Source of the DNA: Calditrichia bacterium
Lineage (GTDB): Bacteria > Calditrichota > Calditrichia > RBG-13-44-9
NCBI GenBank assembly: GCA_037381445.1
Contig: JARRQT010000030.1
Coordinates: 12,003-43,918, forward strand
DNA length: 31,916 bases
Reading direction: 5' to 3'
Part shown: in pieces, positions 10,354 through 19,484 of the stretch
Layout of the letters: the number at the start of each line of letters is the position of its first letter
Position numbering within the stretch: the stretch's first letter is position 1
Notes under the pieces: model-generated
What the model was told of the DNA's origin: nothing
Database searches by the model: none
Seen by the model: only the letters and a program-made list of their open reading frames with translations
Program-made: the position numbers and the translations under genes

Positions 10354-10503
10354 AATAATTCCTTAAAATTTGTGTCAGAAGCATCCTTCAATTGTTCTAT
10401 TTGCTTTAATCCATTATATATCTGCCGGGTTCCTGTAAAATAAATTTGCCTGCCCCGGCATTTTTGCACAGCACTCATTTCTCTGCGGACACTTCCGGCC
10501 AGT

Positions 10504-11307
10504 TCATTTTTTGCAGATAGGGGTATAAAATTCCGGCCGGCGGTCGGACACAATATCATTGAACTCGGTCACCTTTTTGTCCTGCGCCAAATTCGGGTCG
10601 ATTTCCGTGACGAACAGTTCTTCCTTTTGGGAGCGGGCGCGGAAGACGATCTCCCCTTTGGGTGTCACAATCTGGCTCTTCCCGGTGAACCGGAGCGTGC
10701 CGTGCGGGCGCTTATCCGCCCCAAAGCGGTTGGTGGTGATAGCAAAAACATGGTTTTCCAGACAGCGGGTCAGCATGGCCTGCTGGCAGTAGCTCAGCAC
10801 CAGATTGGAAGGATGGCAAATAACCTGGGCGCCCAGCAGCGCCAGTGAACGGGTAACCTCCGGAAAAATCCAGTCGAAACAGACCATCATGCCGATTTTG
10901 ACGTCCTTCACTTTCTGTACCTGCAAAGGAATATCACCCGGCTCAAACATCTCCTTTTCGCGGAAGAAAAGATGGATTTTCCGGTAGGTGTGAATCAGTC
11001 CCCCGGGGGCCACCAGGAGGGCGGAGTTGTAAATTTTGTTTCCGCTCTTTTCGGCGAAACCGGTGACCACGTGCATGTTTTTCCGGGCGCACAGTTTCTC
11101 CAGTTTTCTCAACGTGGGGCTGTCTGCCGGGTCTTCGGCAACCGCGGCCAGTTCCGCCTTATCCCTGAAATGATACCCGGTAAATGCCAGCTCAGGCAGC
11201 ACCATCAGGTCAGCCTCCAAATTTTCCAGCGTTTTCAGGATTTTTTCCCGGTTTTGTTCAACCTTTCCAAACAGGGGTCGAAATTGATAGAATCCGGCAC
11301 GCAGCAT
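10504..11307 (-). CDS. carbon-nitrogen hydrolase (nitrilase/amidase superfamily)
   Basis: Glu-Lys-Cys triad motifs VLPELAFTGY, YRKIHLF, VCFDWIFPE; C-terminal DRRPEFY. Confidence 0.93.
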   Translation of the reverse strand: MLRAGFYQFRPLFGKVEQNREKILKTLENLEADLMVLPELAFTGYHFRDKAELAAVAEDPADSPTLRKLEKLCARKNMHVVTGFAEKSGNKIYNSALLVAPGGLIHTYRKIHLFFREKEMFEPGDIPLQVQKVKDVKIGMMVCFDWIFPEVTRSLALLGAQVICHPSNLVLSYCQQAMLTRCLENHVFAITTNRFGADKRPHGTLRFTGKSQIVTPKGEIVFRARSQKEELFVTEIDPNLAQDKKVTEFNDIVSDRRPEFYTPICKK

Positions 11308-11336
11308 ATGTTCCCTTCTCCTTCATTTTTGACGCG

Positions 11337-11402
11337 CTATTTTTTGAAAACCGACACCGGCACCCGGCCGACCCGCTCCTCATATTCCGGAAATTTTGGC
11401 AT
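11337..11402 (-). other. 21-aa small ORF MPKFPEYEERVGRVPVSVFKK (sORF or gene remnant)
   Basis: AAGGAG Shine-Dalgarno 8 nt upstream of ATG 11402; TAG at 11337-11339. Confidence 0.4.
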
Positions 11403-11555
11403 CGCTGAATCTCCTTTGATTTCCCGCGAGTCATAAAGTTAACGGATACCGAAAAAGAATACAAAAGTGAAAACAAGAAATTCGCGGGAATTTTAAGTGA
11501 TTGACTGCAAAAATCCCATCCGGCTGTTTATGAATTTGTCCGGCGGAAATAATGA

Positions 11556-12242
11556 CTACCGTTTTTTGCCAATCTGACGGAAAGAGGAATCGGCGCCGGC
11601 GAGGAACTCCTTCACCAGCAGCGGATCCTTGCGCCCCGCTGCATCCTCCACCCCGGTATGGGAGTCCACGCCAGCGGGCCGCACCTGCAGAATGGCCTCC
11701 CCGACGTTGGCGGGATTGAGTCCCCCGGCCAGAATCAGCGGCTTGGGCGAGATTTCCACCAGCCGGCGGCTGACCGCCCAGTCATGCACCCTGCCGGTGG
11801 CTCCGCTGGCGCCGGTCTGCGGATCGTAGGTGTCGGTGATGAAGGCGTCTACCAGCATGCCGAACGTTTCCGTAAGCCGCTCCAGTTGCGGTAAGTTATT
11901 CTCCCGAACGATTAGGCTTTTAATAATTTTAAGCTGCGGCGAGATCTTTTTCAGATGAGATAATTCATCGGCGGAAATATCGCCGTGAAGCTGCACAAGC
12001 TTCACTCCCAGTTCCTCGCAGAAGCGGGCGATCTCATCCGCCCGGTCCAGGTAGGTGATGAGTACCCCCTGCACCCCGGGCGGCAGAAAGCGGATAATTT
12101 CCGAGGCCTCGTCTTCCGATAAGTCTTCCTTATGCACCGGCAGCCGGAGCGGGAAGCCCAGGTACCGCACCCCGCAATGAATCAGCAGTTCCGCCTCTTC
12201 CCGGTTTTTGACGCCGGCGATTTGAATAAAATTTTCAAACAT
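11556..12242 (-). CDS. trpF: phosphoribosylanthranilate isomerase-family protein
   Basis: IQIAGV, VQLHG, ITDT...GASGATGRVHDW, LILAGGLNPANV, GVDSHTGVE. Start at ATG 12242 (alternative 12257); the longer ORF-track extension overlaps the upstream gene. Confidence 0.88.
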   Translation of the reverse strand: MFENFIQIAGVKNREEAELLIHCGVRYLGFPLRLPVHKEDLSEDEASEIIRFLPPGVQGVLITYLDRADEIARFCEELGVKLVQLHGDISADELSHLKKISPQLKIIKSLIVRENNLPQLERLTETFGMLVDAFITDTYDPQTGASGATGRVHDWAVSRRLVEISPKPLILAGGLNPANVGEAILQVRPAGVDSHTGVEDAAGRKDPLLVKEFLAGADSSFRQIGKKR

Positions 12243-12331
12243 CCCCTGCTCACCCATCCTGCCTAAAAATATTTTGAGAATTTCAAATGCCGCTGCCTTC
12301 ACGTAAATGTACGATTTATTGCCGTGCTCTA

Positions 12332-12766
12332 TCAATTTACGTTGCCAAACCTGGATTGCAGACGTTTTAAACCCTTCAGCCAAGACCATCCCAGCAGGGA
12401 GCCCATCGCATACCATAAAAAATCTGATGACGAAAAGGAGGTACCCAGAATTGTTCTCCCAAGAAAATATTGACGAAGGAATTCCAGAAAGCCGGGATGC
12501 CAGAGTTGGGAAAACTCCACAACACAGGTTGCCACGAATACCCCGATGGCAATTTTGCGGACATTTATTTGGGGAAAGAACAGGAAAATGGACAGGCACC
12601 AGAAAATTTCGTAGAATACGCCGCCCAGGGAATCGTGTACCCATCCGGACCCGGGTCCGCTGTAAAATTTTGTGTAAAATCCCACCGGCACTACAATCGC
12701 AAGTGAAAGCAGGGTCGGCATCAATGATTTCAGAACTCCGGAAGTCTTATTCCCCGAACCATCCAT
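12332..12766 (-). CDS. DUF2809-like membrane protein
   Basis: Hydrophobic; LGGVFY, VVEFSQLWHPGFLEFLR, GRTILGTSFSSSDFLWYAMG match my recollection of DUF2809/YjgA. Confidence 0.75.
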   Translation of the reverse strand: MDGSGNKTSGVLKSLMPTLLSLAIVVPVGFYTKFYSGPGSGWVHDSLGGVFYEIFWCLSIFLFFPQINVRKIAIGVFVATCVVEFSQLWHPGFLEFLRQYFLGRTILGTSFSSSDFLWYAMGSLLGWSWLKGLKRLQSRFGNVN

Positions 12767-12785
12767 GTATTAAATTCGGAAATTT

Positions 12786-14915
12786 TTAATCCGGATAAAA
12801 TCTTTTTTCTTTTTGGGCATATTCCGTCAAAATATCCGCAGGCTTGAAGCGCGGACCGTATTTCTGTTCCAGCGCCTGCAGCTTGTCCACAATCGCACCC
12901 GCGCCGACCTTATCCAAGTGGCGGAAGGGACCTCCCAGAAACGGGGGAAATCCCAGGCCCAGTATGGCCCCCAGATCACCATCCGCCGGGGACTGAAGGA
13001 TTCCTTCCTGCAGGCAAAATGCCGCCTCGTTAATCATGACCAGGGAAAGCCGGTCCTGTATGTGCGGGACGTCGAATTTCTGCCGGCTCTCTCCCCCGAA
13101 ATAATTGTAGACCGTATCGTTGATTTCCTTTTTGCCGGCGTGCCCGTTTTTTCCTTCCGGGTAGCGGTAAAAGCCCTTGCGGTTTTTCCGGCCCTTGAAG
13201 CCCGCCTGATCCAGCCGTTTCATCGCGTCAGACGACTGGATATTGCGTTTTTCGAACATCTCTCCTAAAACCTCAGAAACATGGGCCCCCACGTCGATAC
13301 CCACTTCATCTATCAGTGCGATCGGTCCCACCGGAAAACCGTACTGGCGCATGGCATTGTCAATCTGGCCGATCTCGCCCCCTTCCTCCAGCAAAACCAC
13401 CGCTTCGTTCAGCATGGGCCCCAGGATGCGGGTCGTGTAGAATCCCGGACCGTCATTCACTACGATGGGGCTTTTTCCCTGCCGTATCCCCACTTCGATG
13501 GCAGTTGCTTTTACCCATTCCGGGGTGCCACCGGTAACGATAATTTCCAGCAGCGGCATTTTCGTGACCGGCGAAAAATAATGCATGCCGATGACCTGCT
13601 CCCGCCGCGAAGAAGCTTCGGCTATTTTGCTGATGGGAAGAGAGGAAGTATTGCTGGCATATATGGTTTCCTCCTTCATTTTCGATTCAGCCTCGGCAAG
13701 CACATTTTTCTTTACTTTCAGGTCCTCAAATACCGCCTCTATTACCAGATCCACATTGCTGAAGCCGGTGTAATCCACCACCCCGTGAATGCGGCTCATG
13801 ATCAGGTCCCGCTGATGCGGCAGCAGGGCATGTTTTTTTACTTTCCTGTCCAGATTTTGCCACACCGATTTTTTCCCCATGCCCAGCGCGCGATGATCCA
13901 TGTCCCGCATGAAAATCTCAAATTCCTTTTCAGCGCTCACATTGGCAATAGCCGATCCCATGAAGCCGGCCCCCAGAATGCCGATTTTATCCACTGGACG
14001 CGCATTCTCTTTCAGCGGATTCTTCTTTTTGGAATTCATATTAAAAAAGAGGCGGATGAGCTCCTTGGCCTGCGGCGTGCGGACCAGTTCATCAAAACGG
14101 CTGGCTTCCGCTTCCTCTCCGGCAGCCAAATCTCCTTTCAGACCCGCTTCAACGCATTCGATGATTTTAAAAGGGGCGGGATAATTTCCCCGCGTTTTGT
14201 GCTGAACATCGTCCCGGGCTTTTTTAAAAACCAGATCCTGGGTGGGAGAGGTGGACTGCAGAATTTTGTCGATAACCGGCACGCTCTTGCTTTGTGAGAT
14301 TGACTTATCAGCCAGTTTCAATGCAGTGGATTTAGCAATGTCATCCAGCCGGTAGGGATAGGTCACCATATCCACCAGGCCCATTTTCTGCGCCTGGTGC
14401 GGATAGATATTTTTCCCGGTGAGAAGAATATCCAGCGCGTTGCGCAGCCCCACCAGCCGCGGCATCCGCTGGGTCCCTCCGCCGGCGGGAAGAATGCCCA
14501 GATTGACCTCGGGGAGAGCCAGCACGGTTTTGGGATCGTCAGTGGCAATCCGGTAATGGCAGGCCAGCGCCACCTCCAGACCGCCGCCCAACGCAGCACC
14601 GTTGATCGCCGCCACCACCGGTTTGGGGAAATTGGCAATCTGGTCCAAAAGCGCGTGTCCCCGGCGGCTGATGGATTCCGCTTCGCCGGGCTCGGTGATG
14701 GCCAGGAATTTATCCAGATCGGCCCCGGCGATAAAATTGTCTTTCTTTCGGCTGATGATCACCACCGCCTTCACCTCCGGGTCGCCCGAAATGGTATCCA
14801 TCACTTTTCCAAATTCATCTATCAGTCCGACGCCGATTTTGTTCACTTTTTCGCCCTCCTGGTCCAGCCAGATGAAAACAACGCCATCGGATTTTTCAAT
14901 TGAGGTCGCAGACAT
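12786..14915 (-). CDS. fadJ: fatty acid oxidation complex alpha subunit (enoyl-CoA hydratase / 3-hydroxyacyl-CoA dehydrogenase)
   Basis: FIAGAD, GGGLEVALAC, LPEVNLG, GAGFMG, SNTSSLP, GMHYFSP, GFPPFLGGPF; 709 aa. Confidence 0.93.
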   Translation of the reverse strand: MSATSIEKSDGVVFIWLDQEGEKVNKIGVGLIDEFGKVMDTISGDPEVKAVVIISRKKDNFIAGADLDKFLAITEPGEAESISRRGHALLDQIANFPKPVVAAINGAALGGGLEVALACHYRIATDDPKTVLALPEVNLGILPAGGGTQRMPRLVGLRNALDILLTGKNIYPHQAQKMGLVDMVTYPYRLDDIAKSTALKLADKSISQSKSVPVIDKILQSTSPTQDLVFKKARDDVQHKTRGNYPAPFKIIECVEAGLKGDLAAGEEAEASRFDELVRTPQAKELIRLFFNMNSKKKNPLKENARPVDKIGILGAGFMGSAIANVSAEKEFEIFMRDMDHRALGMGKKSVWQNLDRKVKKHALLPHQRDLIMSRIHGVVDYTGFSNVDLVIEAVFEDLKVKKNVLAEAESKMKEETIYASNTSSLPISKIAEASSRREQVIGMHYFSPVTKMPLLEIIVTGGTPEWVKATAIEVGIRQGKSPIVVNDGPGFYTTRILGPMLNEAVVLLEEGGEIGQIDNAMRQYGFPVGPIALIDEVGIDVGAHVSEVLGEMFEKRNIQSSDAMKRLDQAGFKGRKNRKGFYRYPEGKNGHAGKKEINDTVYNYFGGESRQKFDVPHIQDRLSLVMINEAAFCLQEGILQSPADGDLGAILGLGFPPFLGGPFRHLDKVGAGAIVDKLQALEQKYGPRFKPADILTEYAQKEKRFYPD

Positions 14916-15055
14916 GTTATGCCCCTCCGCTATTTTTTCCTGTTATATTTTAAATAAATTCGATAAATACTCTCTTTGTTCATAAGGCCGCTTTGGCAAT
15001 CATATTTTTCCGTTAGATTTTTCGCTCCTCTCTGCAGCATGCCGGCAGTAACCGG

Positions 15056-16348
15056 TTACGAAAGCCGTTCCAGGATTATCGCGTTGCCGATAGCCCCAGC
15101 TGCGCAGGATGCCACCACCGCCAGTTTCCCGTCCTCGGCAATCAGCCGGTTTGCGGCGGTGGTTACCAGCCGTCCGCCAGTGGCGCCGAAGGGATGGCCA
15201 ATGGAGAGTGAGCCGCCCCAGGTGTTCAGCTTCTCCATGGGTATTTCCCCCACTTTTTTATCTCTTCCCAGATTCTCCTTTGCGAACTGGTCCGAGTCCA
15301 GGCAAATCAGATTGGCCAGTATCTGGGCGGCAAAAGCTTCATGCAGTTCAAAAACATCGATATCGCCGAGTTCCATTCCTGCCCGGTCCAGCACTTTGGG
15401 AATGGCATAGGCCGGTCCCAGCAGCAATTCCTCGAACGGATCCTGCGCGGTGAAAGCGTAATCGATAATGGCCGCCTTTGGCGTATAGCCCAGGGCTTTG
15501 GCAGCTTCCTCCGACATCAGCAGCACCGCGGCGGCGCCGTCAGTCAGAAAGGAGGAGTTCCCCGCGGTTAAAGTTCCATACGGTTTGATAAATGCCGGAT
15601 GCAGGTCTTTCAGTTTTTCCATGGAAGTATCGCCCCGAATCCCGTTGTCTTCGGTAATGGGCTCAAAGTTCGGGGGGATCAGCGCGGGTTCAATTTCCTT
15701 TGCCAGAATACCTTCCTTCCGGGCCCTGGCTGCCGACAGGTGGGAGCGGAGCGCAAATTTATCCTGTTCCTCCCGGTTCACCCCGATGCGGGCCGCCATC
15801 CGGTCACAGTCTTCTCCCATCGTCCGATGGGTGGAATATTCGGATATGGAGGGCGTTTCGGGTAACAAATCTTTGGGATGAAGGCCCTTCACAAAGTTCA
15901 AATAATCCAGCGGCTTTTTGTATTTTTGGGCTTCCATCAGTTTATCACGAAGCGGCCTGCTGATTCGGATGGGAATATCGGTAAGGCTTTCGGTCCCCCC
16001 GGCGATCACCACATCGGCCTGCCCGTTCACGATAAGGTCCATGCCGCTGGTAATGGCCCGGTTCCCGGAGACACATGCCTGCGTGATGGTGTAGGCCGGG
16101 ACACTGCTGGGAATCCCCGCCCCCAGGGCAGACTCCCGCGCCACATTACTGGTGGCAAGATTGGACACCACACTCCCCATGATCACCCAGTCTATCTTTG
16201 ACTTGTCAAGCTCGGTCCGTTTCACCAGACTTTCAATCGCCATTCTGCCCATGTCATAGGAGGTAAGATCCTGATAACCTGTATTCGATTTTAAAAACGG
16301 AATGCGGCAGCCGTCCACCACCACGGCGCGCCTCTTTTTGCTTATCAT
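15056..16348 (-). CDS. fadI: acetyl-CoA C-acyltransferase (3-ketoacyl-CoA thiolase)
   Basis: QACVSG, NSSFLTDGA, HEAFA, GHPFGATG, CAAG. Likely start ATG 16348 (alternative 16414). Confidence 0.93.
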   Translation of the reverse strand: MISKKRRAVVVDGCRIPFLKSNTGYQDLTSYDMGRMAIESLVKRTELDKSKIDWVIMGSVVSNLATSNVARESALGAGIPSSVPAYTITQACVSGNRAITSGMDLIVNGQADVVIAGGTESLTDIPIRISRPLRDKLMEAQKYKKPLDYLNFVKGLHPKDLLPETPSISEYSTHRTMGEDCDRMAARIGVNREEQDKFALRSHLSAARARKEGILAKEIEPALIPPNFEPITEDNGIRGDTSMEKLKDLHPAFIKPYGTLTAGNSSFLTDGAAAVLLMSEEAAKALGYTPKAAIIDYAFTAQDPFEELLLGPAYAIPKVLDRAGMELGDIDVFELHEAFAAQILANLICLDSDQFAKENLGRDKKVGEIPMEKLNTWGGSLSIGHPFGATGGRLVTTAANRLIAEDGKLAVVASCAAGAIGNAIILERLS

Positions 16349-16705
16349 GGCATGTTTCCTTTCTTCGTAGTCAGTTTGAATTCCGGCTGAAGACAACTCC
16401 TCCGGAAATGACATTTAAAAGAAGTAAAACCGGATAAAAATTTGTGATTTTTCTGAACTCCACTTTTATTTAATCCCCAAACAAAAAAATGTTCATTTTA
16501 TTTCATGAAAAAATTTGACTGCCGTGATGTCGCGGTTCGGATAAATTCATTATCAAAGCACCCATAAAAATGGACAGGTTGTAGAAATTTTCATCATATC
16601 TTCATACAAATTTTGTAATGTCAATTAGTTGAAAAACAGAAAATTCACATTAGATAAGAAACATTGCCCCAGTGGACAGATGAAAATCTAAGGGAGGAAA
16701 AAATC

Positions 16706-18398
16706 ATGGCAGCATCTTCGGAAAACATAAAAAATCAAGGTCCCTCTGAAGAAGAATCGATGCAGGCGGCCGAAGCCTCACGCGAGACCCAATGGGAGAA
16801 ACCCAGCTTTTTGCGGGAACTGTTTCTGGGCCGGTTGCGGCTTGATCTGGTTCACCCTTTTCCCAGGCTCAAGGGACTGGATGATCCTGAATTTATTGCA
16901 TATTTTGAGAAAATGAAAAAATTCCTGCAGGAAGAAGTAGATTCGGACGCGATTGACCGTGACCGGAAAATCCCCCCGGAAAACCTCAGAAAATTGGCAG
17001 AAATGGGCGCCTTCGGATTCAAGATTCCCAAAGAATATGGGGGAAAGGGTTTTACGGTATCGCAGTACAGCCAGTTGATGAAGCTGGTCACCAGCAAAGA
17101 CGGCAACCTGACAGCACTTTTGTCAGCACATCAGTCTATCGGTGTTCCGCAGCCGCTGATGCTTTTTGGCGGTGAAGAACTGAAGAAAAAATATTTGCCT
17201 CGCATCGCCAAGGGGGCCGTCACTGCTTTCGCACTTACCGAGCCGGATGTCGGTTCCGATCCGGCGCGCGTCTCTACCTCGGTGGAAGAATCGGGAGACG
17301 GGAAAGCCTATATTATGAACGGTGAAAAGCTCTGGACCACCAACATTACCATTGCCGATCTGGTGGTGGTAATGGCCCGCCATAAAGAGGACGGCAAAAT
17401 GAGTGCGTTTATTGTTGAAACCGCATGGGAAGGTGTGGAAGTCGTTTACCGCTGCTCCTTCATGGGATTGAAGGCGCTGGAAAACGGCATGATCCGTTTC
17501 AAGAACGTGCGCATACCAAAAGAAAATCTGTTATGGGAACGGGGCAAAGGACTGAAGCTGGCGCTGGTCACGCTGAACACCGGACGACTGGCGCTTCCCG
17601 CGGCCACGGTGGGCGGGGCCAAGACCTCTCTCGAAGTGGTGCGTAAATGGGCAAATCAGCGGGTGCAATGGGGACAGCCCATCGGGAAACACGAAGCGAT
17701 TGCCCATAAAATCGCCGACATGGCCGCAACCACATTTGCAATGGAATCGGTGGCCGACCTGGCAACCTCCATGGCGGAAAATGATTTTGACATCAGGCTG
17801 GAGGCGGCAGTGGCGAAAATGTATAACACCGAAGCAGGCTGGAATATTGTGGACGACACCATACAGATCCGGGGCGGCCGGGTTTTATGCCATCTGGTAC
17901 CCCTCGCTGTGGCTGGGATGGGGGCGCTGGCCGCGCTATTCGGAATTCGGCAGGCTGGCTGGACACATGCGCTATGTCAACCGGGCCACCCGCAAACTGG
18001 CACGGCAGGTTTTTCACGCCATGCTGATCTATCAGGGAAAACTTCAGAAAAAGCAGGCATTTTTGTTTCGCCTGGTGGATATCGGCGCCGAACTGTTTGC
18101 CATGGCCGCGACCATCAGCCGGGCCACCAAACTTGCAAAGGAGGGCAACAAGAACGCCGTGGATCTGGCGGATGCGTTCTGCAAATTGTCGCGTCGGCAG
18201 GTAAAGGATTATTTTAAGGCATTGTGGTCCAACGACGATGAAAGCAAATACAGACTTTCCCGCAAAGTGCTGGACAATCAGTTTCTTTGGCTGGAAGAAG
18301 GCGGCGTGGGAATCGGCGTCGAGGATTTGCTGGAGCGAAAGCCCATAAAGCAAGTCCATCACAACGGAAAAGTAATAGAAGCGGTTGAGATGCTTTGA
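16706..18398 (+). pseudogene. acyl-CoA dehydrogenase (VLCAD/ACAD9-like FadE), frameshifted with an apparent internal deletion
   Basis: Frame 1 from ATG 16706 has [38 protein letters not shown], then drifts. A shifted frame from 17880 carries the C-terminal domain (GFYAIWYP...[17 protein letters not shown]). The expected GYE...RD.RI..IFEG segment is missing. Confidence 0.8.
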
Positions 18399-18453
18399 TA
18401 TTCCTCGGGCATGAGCTGGCAAAGGCATCCCGTCGGAATATGTATCGGTACTT

Positions 18454-18506
18454 AAAATCCGGAAATGCGGAGATAAAAGGAGACGGCGTTTCCGGATTTT
18501 TCTTTC
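18454..18506 (+). terminator. Probable terminator after the acyl-CoA dehydrogenase
   Basis: AAAATCCGGAAATGC...GCGTTTCCGGATTTT followed by a T-rich run. Confidence 0.6.
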
Positions 18507-18659
18507 TGCTGAAAAAAGGAAACGCCGAACGCCCGTCAAATAGAGTTGATGATTGACGAACCGTTTCGGAATTTTTTCTTTGTATCCTGCCCGGTCTTTT
18601 GATAGATTATATTTTTAAAAAATTGTTTTCTATCATATTTAGCGTATTCGAAAGGTGTC

Positions 18660-19484
18660 ATGATAAAGAATCGGACTACGGAAAATAAGCTCGTACCGCG
18701 CAGACATCTCAGCCAGAATTTTCTGCAGGATGCCAATATCGCCCGAAAAATTGCCGGTGCCCTGCAGATCCCGGAACCGGGGATAATTCTGGAAATCGGG
18801 CCGGGTCCCGGCATGCTGACCCAGTTTCTGATTCCGTTGGCCCGCAAAGTCATCGCGGTGGAAGTTGACCGGCAGCTGGCCGGAGATTTGTCCCCCAAAC
18901 TGGGGAATCCGGCAAATCTGCAAATTGTGGAGCAGGATTTCCTGAAACTGGACCTGGCCTCTCTCCTTTCCCAATACCCGGATTCCGGCAAATGGATCAT
19001 CGGGAACATTCCCTATCATATCACCTCGCCCATCGTTTTCAAAATTCTGGATTATGCGGACGAACTTGAGCAGACGGTGATGATGGTCCAGAAGGAGGTC
19101 GGGCAGCGCATCGCGGCTTCGCCGGGCGGCAAGGAATACGGGATCCTGTCGGTCTTCTGCCAGTTTTATGCAAAAACAGAATATCTTTTTACGGTGCCTT
19201 CCCGCTTATTCTTTCCGCAGCCCAAAGTGGATTCCGGGGTCATTCGCCTGACGTTTAAGGAAAGCCCTCAATCCCGGGTCAAAGATCCGACGCTCTTCAA
19301 GAAAATTGTCAAAACGACCTTTGGCAAGCGCCGGAAAATGTTGCGAAACACTTTGTCAATTGTGGTTTCGCAGGCTATATTAGCCAATGTAGATATGGAT
19401 TTATCCCGCCGCCCGGAGACCTTGTCGGTGGAAGAATTCATTTATCTTTCGAACCGGATAAACGATTTGTCAGAAAATGAGTGA
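18660..19484 (+). CDS. rsmA: 16S rRNA A1518/A1519 N6-dimethyltransferase
   Basis: SQNFL, LEIGPGPG, GNIPYHIT, MVQKEV, PKVDS, RRKML, RPETLS. Confidence 0.98.
   Translation: MIKNRTTENKLVPRRHLSQNFLQDANIARKIAGALQIPEPGIILEIGPGPGMLTQFLIPLARKVIAVEVDRQLAGDLSPKLGNPANLQIVEQDFLKLDLASLLSQYPDSGKWIIGNIPYHITSPIVFKILDYADELEQTVMMVQKEVGQRIAASPGGKEYGILSVFCQFYAKTEYLFTVPSRLFFPQPKVDSGVIRLTFKESPQSRVKDPTLFKKIVKTTFGKRRKMLRNTLSIVVSQAILANVDMDLSRRPETLSVEEFIYLSNRINDLSENE

Noticed and set aside
17876..17890. Programmed ribosomal frameshift in the acyl-CoA dehydrogenase
   Set aside because: No canonical slippery site or stimulator, and a shift would still omit the catalytic IFEG segment
19440..19484. Mg2+ (M-box) riboswitch for mgtE
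   Set aside because: mgtE overlaps the rsmA stop, so there is no leader
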